A stretch of DNA of 64,000 nucleotides from a virus. Shown here piece after piece: positions 10,412 through 21,274 of this stretch (position 1 is its first letter; each line of letters starts with the position of its first letter). Where the stretch lies: the IMG/VR virus record IMGVR_UViG_3300042549_008312, positions 1-64,000 of that record; one strand, 5' to 3'. The notes under the pieces are model-generated. The model worked only from the letters and a program-made list of their open reading frames with translations. It had not been told where the DNA came from and searched no databases. A program made the position numbers and the translations under genes.

Positions 10412-13400
10412 TTATGCTGGTTGTTCGCCAGTCATTGGTATTTGTTTATCTGGTCTCAGATATTTTTTGTTTAATGTATCAATTAAGAGTTTCATAACTA
10501 TTAACATATTCTTCTCATCCAACTTGGTATTTGTTTGTCTGCTAATAATTGTAGCCGCTTTTTTAGATAAACCGATTCTAAATGAATCTTTTTGTCCTTT
10601 TAAGTCGTAACCACCAACATTGTCTGGTCTAAAAGTATCAATAGGGAAATTCCCGCCCTCTATTTGTTCACCTGGCTCAAGTACTGTTATATTAGCAAGA
10701 GCTTTTCTATACATAGATGCGTCACCACCACTTTCATTAATATACATTACCATTAGATTTCTGGAAATCATTGCAGCACCAATTAACACGGATTGTAAAA
10801 ATGCGGCTAATTTTGGTGCACTAAGTTGGTCAACAGGGTTTTGTTGGTTATACTTCGTTGCAATCTTACTTTGGAAATCAGTAATTACGCTGGATAAAGC
10901 CATCATTAATTTATAATTTGGTTCTTTTTTAAGCTTATCTATATTATTACTCGCTTCGTCAATTCTATTTAATGCGGAAACAAAAGAACTTATTTCACCA
11001 CCACCATTTTTAATAAATTTTCTCATTCTATTTTCTGGTACAAAAGCTAATCCATTTAATGTAACAGTTAAATAGTTTCTTAGTTTTGTTGGGCTTATTT
11101 TTTGGTCCTCTGGGTACATATCATTGTAACCCTTAGCAATTCTTTGCGCATAAGTTGGTGCAACCAAAGCCAAAGCTTTCATTATCTTAAAGAATCTACC
11201 GTTTTGGTTTACAACTTCTTTTGGTTTTTGTTCCCCGCCTTCTTCTGGTGCAACTCTAGCCTCTTCGATCATTATAGCAATCATCTCAGCTTTAGTAAGA
11301 ATTGAACCTTCTTCTAAGTTTTGACCAGCTGCTCTAAAACCACCAAATGTGTCACCACTTTTAGCAGCGTTCAACCCTTTATTCACTTGAGTTTTATCGG
11401 TAGACGTTAATCCTGGGCTTTGTTTACCACCTTTTTGTCCAGTTAAGTAATCAGCTTGTGCTTCTTTATTACCTTCTGGGTTTTTAGTCATCTGATCAAT
11501 TAAGTAAGAGAAGATTAAAAATAAACTATTCATATAACCTGGTAAATTAGCTAAGAATGTACGTCTATCATTATAAACTTTATTCATCGAACCTTTAGAT
11601 TGAACTCTTTCAGCTCTTTCTTTAAGTTTATTAATTTGTATTTTACCTAATTGATCAATAAGGCTGTTACCATCCCTAGATTCACCATCATCACCTCTAC
11701 CTTTCTTAAGTTTAGTGGAATATAAAGCTTTATTAAAATCACTAACAAATATTTTTAAACTTTTAGCGTCTGATTGTAACAAACTATCAATTGTTAAATC
11801 TTTAGTGCTAACTACTGGGTTTTGGTTAGCGCTTTGAATCATCGCATTTAACTTAGGGTCTTGGCTATTAAAACCTTTGACCATATCCATAAGTTGTTTT
11901 AATTTTTCAATATTTGTTTTAAGTAATCTTAATTGGTTTGAACTTAAACCAATATCTTCCAATGTTTCTTCAGATACAGTTTGTAGACTCTCCATTAATT
12001 TTATTAAATCACCAGCATCTTGAGGTGTTATCTCTAAATTACTTGGAACCTCACCATCACCGCTGTAAACTTTTTCAATATTGCTTGTACCACCTTTACC
12101 ATATGTATCGGTGTTAGCTTGTGATTTAAAGTTATAAAGGTCTTTAAAATAATTTTTAAGTTTGTTATATAATATAAGATCCCCACCTTGTTTTGTTTTT
12201 TTAGGGTCTGAATTTGGATCTGGATCCTTATTTGGGTCCTTATTTGGGTCCTTATTTGGATCTGGATCAATTGGGTTCTCATCACTTAGGGCAACTGGTC
12301 TTAAGCGTTGCATTAAATCATTTAAAATCTGCGCTCTTGAGGATTTCCTACCTTTATATCTAAGCAAAGCAAGGGCAACAGCACCAGCAATTGCGGCACC
12401 ACCCATGAAAATTAAACCTTTTTTACCTAAAGTAGCTGTTGCAACTGTTGTTGTGATTGTTCTTGTTTTCCAGATAGTTGCTGTATTAACAATCATACCA
12501 ACTATTTGGCCACCTCTAATTGTTGTAAGTAAGTCACCCATTACTTTACCAGTACCAGCCAATATTCCTTTAAAAATTTCCCCTAGTTTTTTATCTTTAA
12601 ATTCTGCTCCTGATACAACAGCATTCATAATTTCCCTGGCTTCTGTTGGGTTTTTACAAATACCTTTTTGTGCTGTTACATACTCAATACCCTTTTTATA
12701 ATCACCACCACCTATTGCCGCAAACGCTTGTTTTAATTCAGCTGGGCTTGAGTTTGGTGTTATGGTTATATTGCTCCCAAGGGTTTTAAGAGACGCATTC
12801 ATACATTGTGTTATACCCTCTCCGTATTTTTGTGTATGTAATACCGCTGGGTTTAACCTTTCTTCAGTAACTTTTTCAACCTCTTCTGTGGTCATTGTCT
12901 TAACCTCATCAGGTGTAAGTAAACCTTTAACTAACCAACCAACACCACTTAAACCCATTAAAGTTGGTAAAGTCCAAGATTTTAATGTTTTCATTCTGTC
13001 GGAATCGTAGGCCTGTAATTCACCTTTCTTAATACCAGCTTTTGTATCAGCAGCTTTTCCAGCTAATTGACTTTTTTGTCTTTCAATTTCAGCATCCCTA
13101 GCTTTATCTTCTTCTATACCTAATTCTACTTCATATAACTCATTTTCTTCACCAATCTCTTCACCTTCATTAAAAGAACTAAAAACTGCGCTTAAATCAT
13201 AATCTAAGAACTTTTTAACATATTCTCTTAAATCATCAATTAACGAGTTGGCTTGAACATCGGTTAAATATTTTTTATCATTTGGATCTAATTTGGAGTT
13301 TGCAACGATTGTATCGTAAACAGCACCAATTTGTGATACAGTGGTAACGAATACTAATTGATCTGTTATGTTGGGGAAATTTGGTGCCATTCTTTTAATC

Positions 13401-13783
13401 TGGGCATCCAAATCTCTGATAATCTGATTGTTTTCTTTTTCTAAAATTGCTTTAATTTTGGCTTCAGCGTCTTTTGTTACACCCCATCTGGTTTGTAACT
13501 GCCAGTTCGCTGGGTTCCATCCGCTACGATCAAATTTTGCACCAATAGTATTACCTGTTATGTCGGTTCTACGGTTTGTTTTTAATTTTGCAAGGGCAAC
13601 ACCACCTTTTTTATAACTACCCAATTTGGCTAATTGACCTTTGATTTTTTCCCACATACCCTCATCTAGATTTTCTAGATCAAGTTTTGAGATTTGAAGT
13701 TCGAGTAATTCTACTTCGTTCAATGTTTGTAAACCCATTTTCTCTCTAATGGTATTAACCTCATTTAATATATTTTTTTCCAT
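10412..13783 (-). CDS. Large (1123 aa) putative virion/membrane-associated protein
   Basis: Hydrophobic segments near aa 270-290 and 455-475; DPNK tandem repeat; TATTTATA motif upstream. Confidence 0.6.
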   Translation of the reverse strand: MEKNILNEVNTIREKMGLQTLNEVELLELQISKLDLENLDEGMWEKIKGQLAKLGSYKKGGVALAKLKTNRRTDITGNTIGAKFDRSGWNPANWQLQTRWGVTKDAEAKIKAILEKENNQIIRDLDAQIKRMAPNFPNITDQLVFVTTVSQIGAVYDTIVANSKLDPNDKKYLTDVQANSLIDDLREYVKKFLDYDLSAVFSSFNEGEEIGEENELYEVELGIEEDKARDAEIERQKSQLAGKAADTKAGIKKGELQAYDSDRMKTLKSWTLPTLMGLSGVGWLVKGLLTPDEVKTMTTEEVEKVTEERLNPAVLHTQKYGEGITQCMNASLKTLGSNITITPNSSPAELKQAFAAIGGGDYKKGIEYVTAQKGICKNPTEAREIMNAVVSGAEFKDKKLGEIFKGILAGTGKVMGDLLTTIRGGQIVGMIVNTATIWKTRTITTTVATATLGKKGLIFMGGAAIAGAVALALLRYKGRKSSRAQILNDLMQRLRPVALSDENPIDPDPNKDPNKDPNKDPDPNSDPKKTKQGGDLILYNKLKNYFKDLYNFKSQANTDTYGKGGTSNIEKVYSGDGEVPSNLEITPQDAGDLIKLMESLQTVSEETLEDIGLSSNQLRLLKTNIEKLKQLMDMVKGFNSQDPKLNAMIQSANQNPVVSTKDLTIDSLLQSDAKSLKIFVSDFNKALYSTKLKKGRGDDGESRDGNSLIDQLGKIQINKLKERAERVQSKGSMNKVYNDRRTFLANLPGYMNSLFLIFSYLIDQMTKNPEGNKEAQADYLTGQKGGKQSPGLTSTDKTQVNKGLNAAKSGDTFGGFRAAGQNLEEGSILTKAEMIAIMIEEARVAPEEGGEQKPKEVVNQNGRFFKIMKALALVAPTYAQRIAKGYNDMYPEDQKISPTKLRNYLTVTLNGLAFVPENRMRKFIKNGGGEISSFVSALNRIDEASNNIDKLKKEPNYKLMMALSSVITDFQSKIATKYNQQNPVDQLSAPKLAAFLQSVLIGAAMISRNLMVMYINESGGDASMYRKALANITVLEPGEQIEGGNFPIDTFRPDNVGGYDLKGQKDSFRIGLSKKAATIISRQTNTKLDEKNMLIVMKLLIDTLNKKYLRPDKQIPMTGEQPA

Positions 13784-13901
13784 AATTTAAAAGCGTATTT
13801 AGATACCTATAAATATCTAGTTTTATTATAAAAAACCCAAATTGGGTATTTTTTATACCCTATACCAAACTTATCAATTGATGAATATGGTATATATTTA
13901 A

Positions 13902-14081
13902 TTAATTATATAAAAAACAATATTTGTTATCTTTTTCTGTCAACCCAACACGATGCACTGTACCGTTGTAGTTAACCTTTATTGTGTTGTTTTCAATTAC
14001 TGGGTCAACAACAAAACCTTTATATAAAGCACCTAAAAAGTTAAAGGTTACTTCCTCACCTCTTTTAAATTTTATGACCAC
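13902..14081 (-). CDS. Small SH3-like hypothetical protein (GTG start, 59 aa)
   Basis: Manual translation VVIKFKRGEEVTFNFLGALYKGFVVD...; below the ORF-track cut-off. Confidence 0.5.
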   Translation of the reverse strand: MVIKFKRGEEVTFNFLGALYKGFVVDPVIENNTIKVNYNGTVHRVGLTEKDNKYCFLYN

Positions 14082-14920
14082 CAGCGCTCAATATTTTCTT
14101 CCATCAATTTAAAGAGTAATTTTCTTGCTCTATTATGATTATAGTGACCGATATTCATAGCAATTCTTTGTTTAGCATCACCCTCAGTTTCACTATCTCT
14201 TGGTTCTATTCCAAAGATCTGTAGTTTTTTATCTGCTAAAACCTTTTTATAAGCTGATGGATGTTTCTTAAAGAAGTCATCAAAGTTTTCTTTAAGTTGT
14301 CTTGACTCCCATGAGCTATAACCTTCTTTATCAGGCACTGGTTCAAACCAATGTTTGGTTTTATGATAATCCATGTATTCTGAACTATAATGCTCGTCTT
14401 TAACTAATTTCATTAGACGAACACACGTCATCATGATTTCAGAATCTCTTTGTGCGCTGGTATGCCAATCTCTGTCACCAATATATTTGGCTTGGGCTTT
14501 AAGTTTGTGCATCATAACCTCAAAGATATAATGGTCATCCCAATGGCGATCTTTCCAGATAATAGGAAACCAATACCAAAGATTCTTCAATCCAGTCCAA
14601 ACAGTCTTATGTAGATATTTACCATCATTGCTCCACCACATTGGAATGAACTCAATTTTTCTAATGATCCAGGGTTTACTTTCTCTTTTTTCGGCCCATT
14701 GGTCGAATATGTCTTTTTCTGGTTCCATATTTTCTTTAGAAAAAGAGGTGATGCGGTCGAATATATCATCGCCTCTCATGTTACATGTTGATCCAACTGG
14801 GCAACATTCGTCATCACAATGTAATTTTGTAACTGGACAAATCATATCATCCTTTACTATGTAATCCTTTCTTGTTCCTAGATCGATATCTTTTATTTTT
14901 TTTGCGTTTTCTAGTCCCAT
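14072..14920 (-). CDS. Hypothetical conserved phage protein
   Basis: W.W.P.IW.DR.WD and C-terminal WW; Cys-rich N-terminus. Confidence 0.65.
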   Translation of the reverse strand: MGLENAKKIKDIDLGTRKDYIVKDDMICPVTKLHCDDECCPVGSTCNMRGDDIFDRITSFSKENMEPEKDIFDQWAEKRESKPWIIRKIEFIPMWWSNDGKYLHKTVWTGLKNLWYWFPIIWKDRHWDDHYIFEVMMHKLKAQAKYIGDRDWHTSAQRDSEIMMTCVRLMKLVKDEHYSSEYMDYHKTKHWFEPVPDKEGYSSWESRQLKENFDDFFKKHPSAYKKVLADKKLQIFGIEPRDSETEGDAKQRIAMNIGHYNHNRARKLLFKLMEENIERWWS

Positions 14921-15312
14921 ACCGCTCTTTTTGTTTTTTTAATAAATCTTATGACGCTGATATTAATTCGTCTTTTAAAACATTTAAACTTAATATTAAA
15001 TTGTTTTAGGTGATCCATTTTGTAGTCAGCTCTAATAAAAGAGTTTAATTCTCTAATCATTTTTTTATCACGCCTCATCGGTTTAATGTAATACTCATTA
15101 AAGAGATTATCATTATAGATGGTGTATTTGCCGTTGTTATAATCAGCCAACTCACTTGTGGTTCTAGTCAACGCATCAAAAGATAATATCTTAAAGGTAT
15201 TAGTTTCATACGGGTTTCGCTCAACAACCAGTTGGTTGTAATCGTCTACAGCTAATAACACCTTTACAATAGGTGCACGCTTAAAATCTAAATCTGTTTC
15301 AGTATATAACAT
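14911..15312 (-). CDS. Hypothetical protein
   Basis: ORF. Confidence 0.55.
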   Translation of the reverse strand: MLYTETDLDFKRAPIVKVLLAVDDYNQLVVERNPYETNTFKILSFDALTRTTSELADYNNGKYTIYNDNLFNEYYIKPMRRDKKMIRELNSFIRADYKMDHLKQFNIKFKCFKRRINISVIRFIKKTKRAVWD

Positions 15313-15317
15313 AAAGT

Positions 15318-15533
15318 TTATTTTTCTTTTTCTATTTTGTTGTTACTAACATGTATTAAAAGACTAAATAATATCTTTAATCCAAATGCTTGTAAAAAAG
15401 TGATCGACTTGATCCCAGGTATAGCTGGGATTAGACAGTAATTCCATAATAACATAATTGGTAACGCTGTTATCACAGCGTATAAAGCCAATATGAATAA
15501 AAAACCTAAAATTGTTCCTAAAAATTTAAACAT
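15318..15533 (-). CDS. Small membrane protein
   Basis: Hydrophobic; LWN...P...I.F.QA.GL pattern. Confidence 0.65.
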   Translation of the reverse strand: MFKFLGTILGFLFILALYAVITALPIMLLWNYCLIPAIPGIKSITFLQAFGLKILFSLLIHVSNNKIEKEK

Positions 15534-15554
15534 AATATATTTTGTAATTTAATT

Positions 15555-15728
15555 TTATCCGTTATACCAATTATCATAGTCATCGTGTTGCCAAGTAATT
15601 GGTTTTTTGTATTTTTTTTTAATCTCTTCCACCTTATTAAGGTAGTTGTTTATATCAAACTCCTCTGGTTTAATATCTGTTAGAGTTGATTTTATTTCTT
15701 CAAAAATGAGACTATTTAAGTTTTGCAT
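15555..15728 (-). CDS. Small hypothetical protein (57 aa)
   Basis: Manual translation MQNLNSLIFEEIKS...DNWYNG. Confidence 0.5.
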   Translation of the reverse strand: MQNLNSLIFEEIKSTLTDIKPEEFDINNYLNKVEEIKKKYKKPITWQHDDYDNWYNG

Positions 15729-15853
15729 TTTCAATTTTTTGTGCTTGCTTTACTTGATTTTTATTATTAACATAATTGATACCAATTACGGTTAATGCTA
15801 TAATAATATGTAATGCGATTAATACTGATAGTATTCTACCGTATAAATCACAC

Positions 15854-16396
15854 TTACTGTTCTGTGAGTTCTGTTTTGAGTATGACATAATTTTTTTGTT
15901 GAAAGTCTACATTAAATTTCCTCATTAAAGTTTTTAAAGAGTCAATTGGGTTTAATAACGGATATAACTCAGCCGCATCCTTTGGCATGTTATAGTTTGG
16001 GTAACTGTGTCCAGATTCTTTAATCCATTTATGATTTTGGTTCATAAACTGAAAAGACCTGCCTGACTCATCAATAAAGTCAAATCTTTCCCAACCTGTT
16101 TTATCTCTTGGTTCGGACCAACTCTCCTCATGCTTAACAAACCTGTCAATATGGCCAGTAATTTTATCGGGATTATCATATATGTCATGTAAATCACCAA
16201 TTATTTTATATTTGTTACATTCAATACCTGTAAATTCCAAAAGAATATCGATATCTTCACCCTGTTTTTTTATTAACTTACAAGTGGTCTCATCGATATA
16301 TATCTCATCGTGAGGACCTTCCAACAAAACAAACAAAAGTCTTGCCGTGTAAGTATCAGCTGGGATACCTGACCAAATTCTATTTTCATTACTCAT
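15854..16396 (-). CDS. Hypothetical protein
   Basis: ORF behind a TATATTTG promoter. Confidence 0.6.
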   Translation of the reverse strand: MSNENRIWSGIPADTYTARLLFVLLEGPHDEIYIDETTCKLIKKQGEDIDILLEFTGIECNKYKIIGDLHDIYDNPDKITGHIDRFVKHEESWSEPRDKTGWERFDFIDESGRSFQFMNQNHKWIKESGHSYPNYNMPKDAAELYPLLNPIDSLKTLMRKFNVDFQQKNYVILKTELTEQ

Positions 16397-16478
16397 ATAG
16401 TTACAAATATAATAAAAGTTTAAGAATAAACAAATTTTTTTACCAAGAAACTTCTATTTATCTTAAATAGAACGAAAC

Positions 16479-17078
16479 ATGAAAAAAAATTTACTGTTAA
16501 TATTCTTCGGATTATTACTGATTACGCAACAAGCTTTTGCACAAAGAGCTCAAGTCGCTTTCAAAAATGAACTTTTTAGTGGGGTTTACTCAGAAGTTTA
16601 TCAACAACCTTTATGGATAACTTACAAAGTATTATGCCCAAATGGGAAAGCGTCAAGAGAAGGTATGGATTTCTACACCAATGATAGTATTAAAACCTCA
16701 GATCATCTTGACTACGCTTCTAACGAATATGACAAGGGTCATTTAGCACCAGCAGCTGATTTTAATTGTGATAAAAAAATGTTATTACAAACATTTAGTT
16801 ATCTAAATTGTGCCCTTCAACAAGAAAACCTAAACCGTGGTGTTTGGAGATTTCTTGAGGTTCATGAAAGAGAGTTGGCAAAAAGCGGTGCTAGTGTTAG
16901 TGTTAAAATAGAACTTATTTTCTCACCTAAATCAAAAAAATTACCAACAGGTGCTACAATTCCAGATGGTTTTACAAAAACCATTATGGTTAACAGTAAA
17001 GTTATCGAAAAATACTATTTTCCAAACATCGCACCAGAAAAAGGTAAAAAGTATTTAGACTACAGTGTTAAATTTTAA
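16479..17078 (+). CDS. Secreted DNA/RNA non-specific endonuclease (NucA/EndoG-like)
   Basis: Signal peptide; YDKGHLAPA, Q...LNRG.W..LE, IP.GF.K. Confidence 0.9.
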   Translation: MKKNLLLIFFGLLLITQQAFAQRAQVAFKNELFSGVYSEVYQQPLWITYKVLCPNGKASREGMDFYTNDSIKTSDHLDYASNEYDKGHLAPAADFNCDKKMLLQTFSYLNCALQQENLNRGVWRFLEVHERELAKSGASVSVKIELIFSPKSKKLPTGATIPDGFTKTIMVNSKVIEKYYFPNIAPEKGKKYLDYSVKF

Positions 17079-17317
17079 CGGTGGTTTTTTTCTTATTTAC
17101 TTTACCAGCTTTTTTAATGGTTTTGGTATAGTTTTCAAGCATTTTACCCTGATTAACCATAGAGGTCTTTACCTCGGTAAGTTTTATATACGTTTTCATT
17201 GTGCAAATATAATATAAAATTTATTAACAACAAAATTTTTTATGTTTTAAAAGTATTTATATTAAAATAAAGTGGTAATATCTTATCAACAAAAGAATTA
17301 ACAGAAAAAAATAAATA

Positions 17318-17986
17318 ATGCCAGTTCCAATTACAAACGTAAAATTCAGTGACATGTGGGCTGAAGCTAATGGTACCGCATATACAACGGGAAGTCTTAG
17401 TTTAAACGATATGAGTTTTTTTTCATATTTTGCTGGTCCTAATGGTTCTGGTGCCCGAACAGACAATAACTGGGGTCAAGGAGAAGCGTTAGGGGCAAAT
17501 AGAATATACGGTACTGGTGCTAAAACAACAAATATTCAAGTAGGTGATTTTGATGGGTTAAGATATTTTTATGATAATAGCACTTTATCGATTGATGTGG
17601 ATTTCATTAATAACCTACCCCCAAACGTCCCATTTCCACCACCAGGTACAAATAATGATTTGAATATAGATGTGGGGCTATATGATAGCACTTACACTTA
17701 TAATTATGTTTCTTCTGGTGCTATTATGGTTCCACCTGGTACTAATTCCCTCACAACAATTTCTCTAACCACCACTCCGATTATTTTTAGAGCGTATTGG
17801 ATAGTTAATATTGTAGCAACCCCACAACTTATACCAGGAGCTGTGGTTGACATATTAATTAATGGTAATGCTAAAGTTGTTGGTGGGGTGATAAACGCAG
17901 GTCCGCCAACAAGTTTTGATGGTATCACTTATGGTACTGAAGATGTCGCAGGTTTTGGATTAGATATCCAAGTTGTTTGTTACTAA
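17318..17986 (+). CDS. Putative virion structural protein
   Basis: G/T/N/P-rich, low charge; TATTTATA upstream. Confidence 0.5.
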   Translation: MPVPITNVKFSDMWAEANGTAYTTGSLSLNDMSFFSYFAGPNGSGARTDNNWGQGEALGANRIYGTGAKTTNIQVGDFDGLRYFYDNSTLSIDVDFINNLPPNVPFPPPGTNNDLNIDVGLYDSTYTYNYVSSGAIMVPPGTNSLTTISLTTTPIIFRAYWIVNIVATPQLIPGAVVDILINGNAKVVGGVINAGPPTSFDGITYGTEDVAGFGLDIQVVCY

Positions 17987-17990
17987 AATG

Positions 17991-18575
17991 TTAAAGAATC
18001 TTATCAATGATTTTATATTTTAAACCCTCTTGGGCTGACATATACCAATCATCTTTACGAGCTTTATAATCATTCATCTTAGCAACGGGTATTTTTGTTC
18101 TACTTAAAACATAGTCATCATACACCTTTTGGATTCTTTCACATTCCTTAATATTTTGTTTTGCACCTGTAATATTACCCCAGAACACGTCTGATATTTC
18201 ATGGTACATCAGGGTTGATGTTTTATGTGCAAACCTAACGTGGGTTGAAATATAAATGATAAAACCCATGGACATCGCTGAACCATAGCAATACCCGTGA
18301 ATTGGTGTCTTTGAATGTTCGATCGCAGCAATTAAAGCAAAACCGTCATATACTGAACCACCAAAACTATTAACAACTAATTTAATAGGTTCTCTGTAAT
18401 AATCTTGTAAATCACCCTCAAATTCATCGTCAAGTGTATTGATGTCGAGAATTGATTCTATTATATCCGCAACGCTTGATGAGGTTATGTCGGAACTTAA
18501 TACGATGTTCCTGGAATTATTATCCTTCACATCAATATTTGATTTAAATTTTTTCTTATATGATTTTTTTAACAT
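17991..18575 (-). CDS. Divergent ClpP-family protease subunit
   Basis: NSFGGSVYDG, G.AMSMG (Ser), LMYHE (His), DWYMSA.E..KY.IID. Confidence 0.88.
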   Translation of the reverse strand: MLKKSYKKKFKSNIDVKDNNSRNIVLSSDITSSSVADIIESILDINTLDDEFEGDLQDYYREPIKLVVNSFGGSVYDGFALIAAIEHSKTPIHGYCYGSAMSMGFIIYISTHVRFAHKTSTLMYHEISDVFWGNITGAKQNIKECERIQKVYDDYVLSRTKIPVAKMNDYKARKDDWYMSAQEGLKYKIIDKIL

Positions 18576-18578
18576 AAA

Positions 18579-18896
18579 CTACATAATTTCACTAATGGAT
18601 TCCGTAATCAATGTGGTAGGTTGGATCCCTATTGTTGTTTTAATAACTTCACCCTTTTTAACATATTTTATTGTCGGTATTGACCTAATGCCGTATGATT
18701 TAGACAATTCTTCGTTTTGATCAACATTGATTTTGCAAAACACAACATCTTTATATTTTTCATCCTCAATAATGGTTTCCAAAATTGGTATCAGCTGTTT
18801 GCATGGACCACACCAATCTGCGTAAAAATCCATAACCACCGCACTATTCTTACTAAGAATCTGCTCTAAATGTTCTTTGTTTTCTATCTGTATCAT
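18579..18896 (-). CDS. trxA: Thioredoxin
   Basis: DFYADWCGPCK, GIRSIPT. Confidence 0.95.
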   Translation of the reverse strand: MIQIENKEHLEQILSKNSAVVMDFYADWCGPCKQLIPILETIIEDEKYKDVVFCKINVDQNEELSKSYGIRSIPTIKYVKKGEVIKTTIGIQPTTLITESISEIM

Positions 18897-18936
18897 ATCT
18901 ATAATTATAGTATTATATTGTAAAGAGTAAAGAATT

Positions 18937-19341
18937 TTAACCTTTTGGTTTGTAAGTTTCCTTCAATTCTCTCGTCTTATCAATGAGGGATAAATTTCCC
19001 TCATCGGTACCAAACACAATGGTTTCGTAATCAAACATATCTATTTTAGCTATTTCAGCTAATAATTTAAAACTTTCCTGATTATTGGTAACAAAAGATG
19101 GTTTTGAGTGGAGTTGTAACCACCCCGTTATTGCATCGGTTATATAGTTTTCTGAGTCTTTTAAAGTAATCATAGATCTATCCTCATTACCCTCAAAATG
19201 AAACATATAGTCGTTGTAAAGTAAACCTTCAACGATAACCCCATCATTAACAGGTTCAGCATATAGACTACCAACACTACTTAACAAGTATAAAGCATTT
19301 AGCTTGTCACCACTTATTAATGTATTAAAATATATATTCAT
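18937..19341 (-). CDS. Hypothetical protein
   Basis: ORF with its own promoter. Confidence 0.55.
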   Translation of the reverse strand: MNIYFNTLISGDKLNALYLLSSVGSLYAEPVNDGVIVEGLLYNDYMFHFEGNEDRSMITLKDSENYITDAITGWLQLHSKPSFVTNNQESFKLLAEIAKIDMFDYETIVFGTDEGNLSLIDKTRELKETYKPKG

Positions 19342-19365
19342 GTTACAAAATTAATAAATTAGTTT

Positions 19366-19920
19366 TTAATAACCAAATGTAAGAACCAAATCTTTATATT
19401 TTATTTTATCTGGTCTCATTGAAACCATGTCCATGTGATCTATATCAATGATTTTTTCATCATTAATACTTTTCTCGTAATTGGTTGTTTGTCTGGTAAA
19501 TTTGTTGTATTTTTCTAGGTTATCAGCCATAAATTTATTAATATCATCACGTTCTTCTGGTGAGGTTTCGGTTATTACTATTCTAACCAAATAAAATGTG
19601 TGTTTATCATACTTCCCTTGATATCTTGGTATGAAAACAAATGATAACCTGTTTCTAAATCTTGAAAAAAAGTTTAATAATTCATTATCAAAACGATTTT
19701 TAGCAAATTCATTTTTATTCAAGTTTAATAAAATACCTAATTGTGAGACGGTAAAAATATTTTTTTCAGCTGATAATTGGTCATTAATATTTAAATCTTG
19801 TGCAATTAAATAATATAACGATTTTTTATATAAGAAATTGTTATTAAATGAGCAATAATCATTTTTCATTTTATCGAAAAATGTTATAAAACCCTTTTTA
19901 ATATCGGTATTTTTCCCCAT
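19366..19920 (-). CDS. Hypothetical protein
   Basis: ORF with its own promoter; weak similarity to 19945-20346 (L.ILL.L...F/ LSF.F, ends F.Y). Confidence 0.55.
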   Translation of the reverse strand: MGKNTDIKKGFITFFDKMKNDYCSFNNNFLYKKSLYYLIAQDLNINDQLSAEKNIFTVSQLGILLNLNKNEFAKNRFDNELLNFFSRFRNRLSFVFIPRYQGKYDKHTFYLVRIVITETSPEERDDINKFMADNLEKYNKFTRQTTNYEKSINDEKIIDIDHMDMVSMRPDKIKYKDLVLTFGY

Positions 19921-19944
19921 CGTTACAAATATAATAAAAAGATT

Positions 19945-20346
19945 TTAATAATCAAAAACAAATTTTGTTGTCATGTCTTTTTCGTTTTTACCCTTTTTAA
20001 TAACTTCTTTAATATTAATACCAACCTGGGCGAATAATTTCATTATCTTTTTCTTAATGGCAATACCTGTTTTATTACTATCGCAGTTATATAAAATAAA
20101 CATCGGTACCAATTCATCTGTATTATATTGAAACACAAAATATAATTTTGTTTTAAATAAAGATAACTCATTAAAGAACGAGTTATCAAGTGAGGACATT
20201 AAATGGTTTTGTGTTTTTGTTAAGGTAACAAGTATGTGTAAATTATAAAAATTAATGACAGTTGTTGTGTGTTCGTATTTTTTAAGACCTAAATACTTTA
20301 TTACATTATCATCCGCTCTTATGAAAGTAGCGTATATCTGTGGCAT
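19945..20346 (-). CDS. Hypothetical protein
   Basis: ORF. Confidence 0.55.
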   Translation of the reverse strand: MPQIYATFIRADDNVIKYLGLKKYEHTTTVINFYNLHILVTLTKTQNHLMSSLDNSFFNELSLFKTKLYFVFQYNTDELVPMFILYNCDSNKTGIAIKKKIMKLFAQVGINIKEVIKKGKNEKDMTTKFVFDY

Positions 20347-20669
20347 TAAAATGAAAATTTGTGGGTCTCTTCAAGATCACCTTTTGTTATATTATCCAGT
20401 AACCAGATATGTTCTTCTTTGATGAGAATTAATGTACCAAAACCTTGAGCAAAAATTTTGTAATTATCAAAGTTAGCCTCGTTATAATCACCATTTTTCA
20501 GTATATCAACAAAAACTTTACCGTTGATAATGTACTCTGGTTTGATTAAAAACCTTTCGTTAACAAAAAATATCTCAGGGTTCTCTTTTACGCTTAAATT
20601 GTTTTTAAGACACCAATTTAAAAAAGATCGGTTAAGTTCAATATTTATTTTCTTATTCTGATTACTCAT
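20346..20669 (-). CDS. Hypothetical protein (possible degenerate PD-(D/E)XK fold)
   Basis: KPEY.I...FVDI pattern. Confidence 0.45.
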   Translation of the reverse strand: MSNQNKKINIELNRSFLNWCLKNNLSVKENPEIFFVNERFLIKPEYIINGKVFVDILKNGDYNEANFDNYKIFAQGFGTLILIKEEHIWLLDNITKGDLEETHKFSF

Positions 20670-20729
20670 ACATATAAATACATCTGATTAATACATTAAT
20701 ATAAAAAAGGGGTTCTTTGTTATTTTATT

Positions 20730-21137
20730 TTAACCTTGTAAAAGGTCTTTCTTTTCGCTAAGTTTATTATGGTCAGCAATTATTTTGCTGACATTGTCCA
20801 ACGTTTTATCGAAACGTGAATCAACATATTTGTTTAATTCATCGACATGTCGGTGGGCTTCTTGATCAACCCTTTCAATCTCTCTTGAGAGATCGGTGGA
20901 TCTTTCATGGATTGTTCGATGAACCTCATCAAATTGTTTGTGAATTTCTCTTCGGAGTTCATCCAAATCACGCACAAGGTCATTTCTACCTTCTTGGTTA
21001 TATCTTTCGATATGGTTTATTGTATTTTCTTGGTTTGTTTGTTTTTTCGTTAATCTAACAACCATCACAACCCCGATCACAAGTAAAATTGCAACCAAAG
21101 CAGTAACGATCCCTAAACTGAAATAAATTGTTTCCAT
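20730..21137 (-). CDS. N-terminal TM + coiled-coil protein
   Basis: Hydrophobic N-terminus, heptad pattern, YVDSRFDK. Confidence 0.65.
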   Translation of the reverse strand: METIYFSLGIVTALVAILLVIGVVMVVRLTKKQTNQENTINHIERYNQEGRNDLVRDLDELRREIHKQFDEVHRTIHERSTDLSREIERVDQEAHRHVDELNKYVDSRFDKTLDNVSKIIADHNKLSEKKDLLQG

Positions 21138-21162
21138 GTTTAAAAATTTTTTTTAATGTATT

Positions 21163-21174
21163 ATGTCAAAGAAC
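21163..21174 (-). promoter_or_regulatory. boxA-like antitermination motif GTTCTTTGACAT
   Basis: Identical 12-mer also at 33404-33415; both lie next to tRNA genes. Confidence 0.6.
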
Positions 21175-21185
21175 CCCTTTTTTTG

Positions 21186-21274
21186 CGGAAGGTACTGGAC
21201 TCGAACCAGTGGATCCCCTTTCGAGGATCAACAGTTTAGCAAACTGCCGCATTCGGCCTCTCTGCCAACCTTCC
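21186..21274 (-). tRNA. tRNA-Ser(GCU)
   Basis: Cloverleaf with loop TTGCTAA and long variable arm. Confidence 0.93.

Noticed and set aside
12214-12270. 12-nt tandem repeat as a CRISPR-like or regulatory array
   Set aside because: In-frame DPNK linker repeat with no spacers; no CRISPR array or cas gene seen in the window
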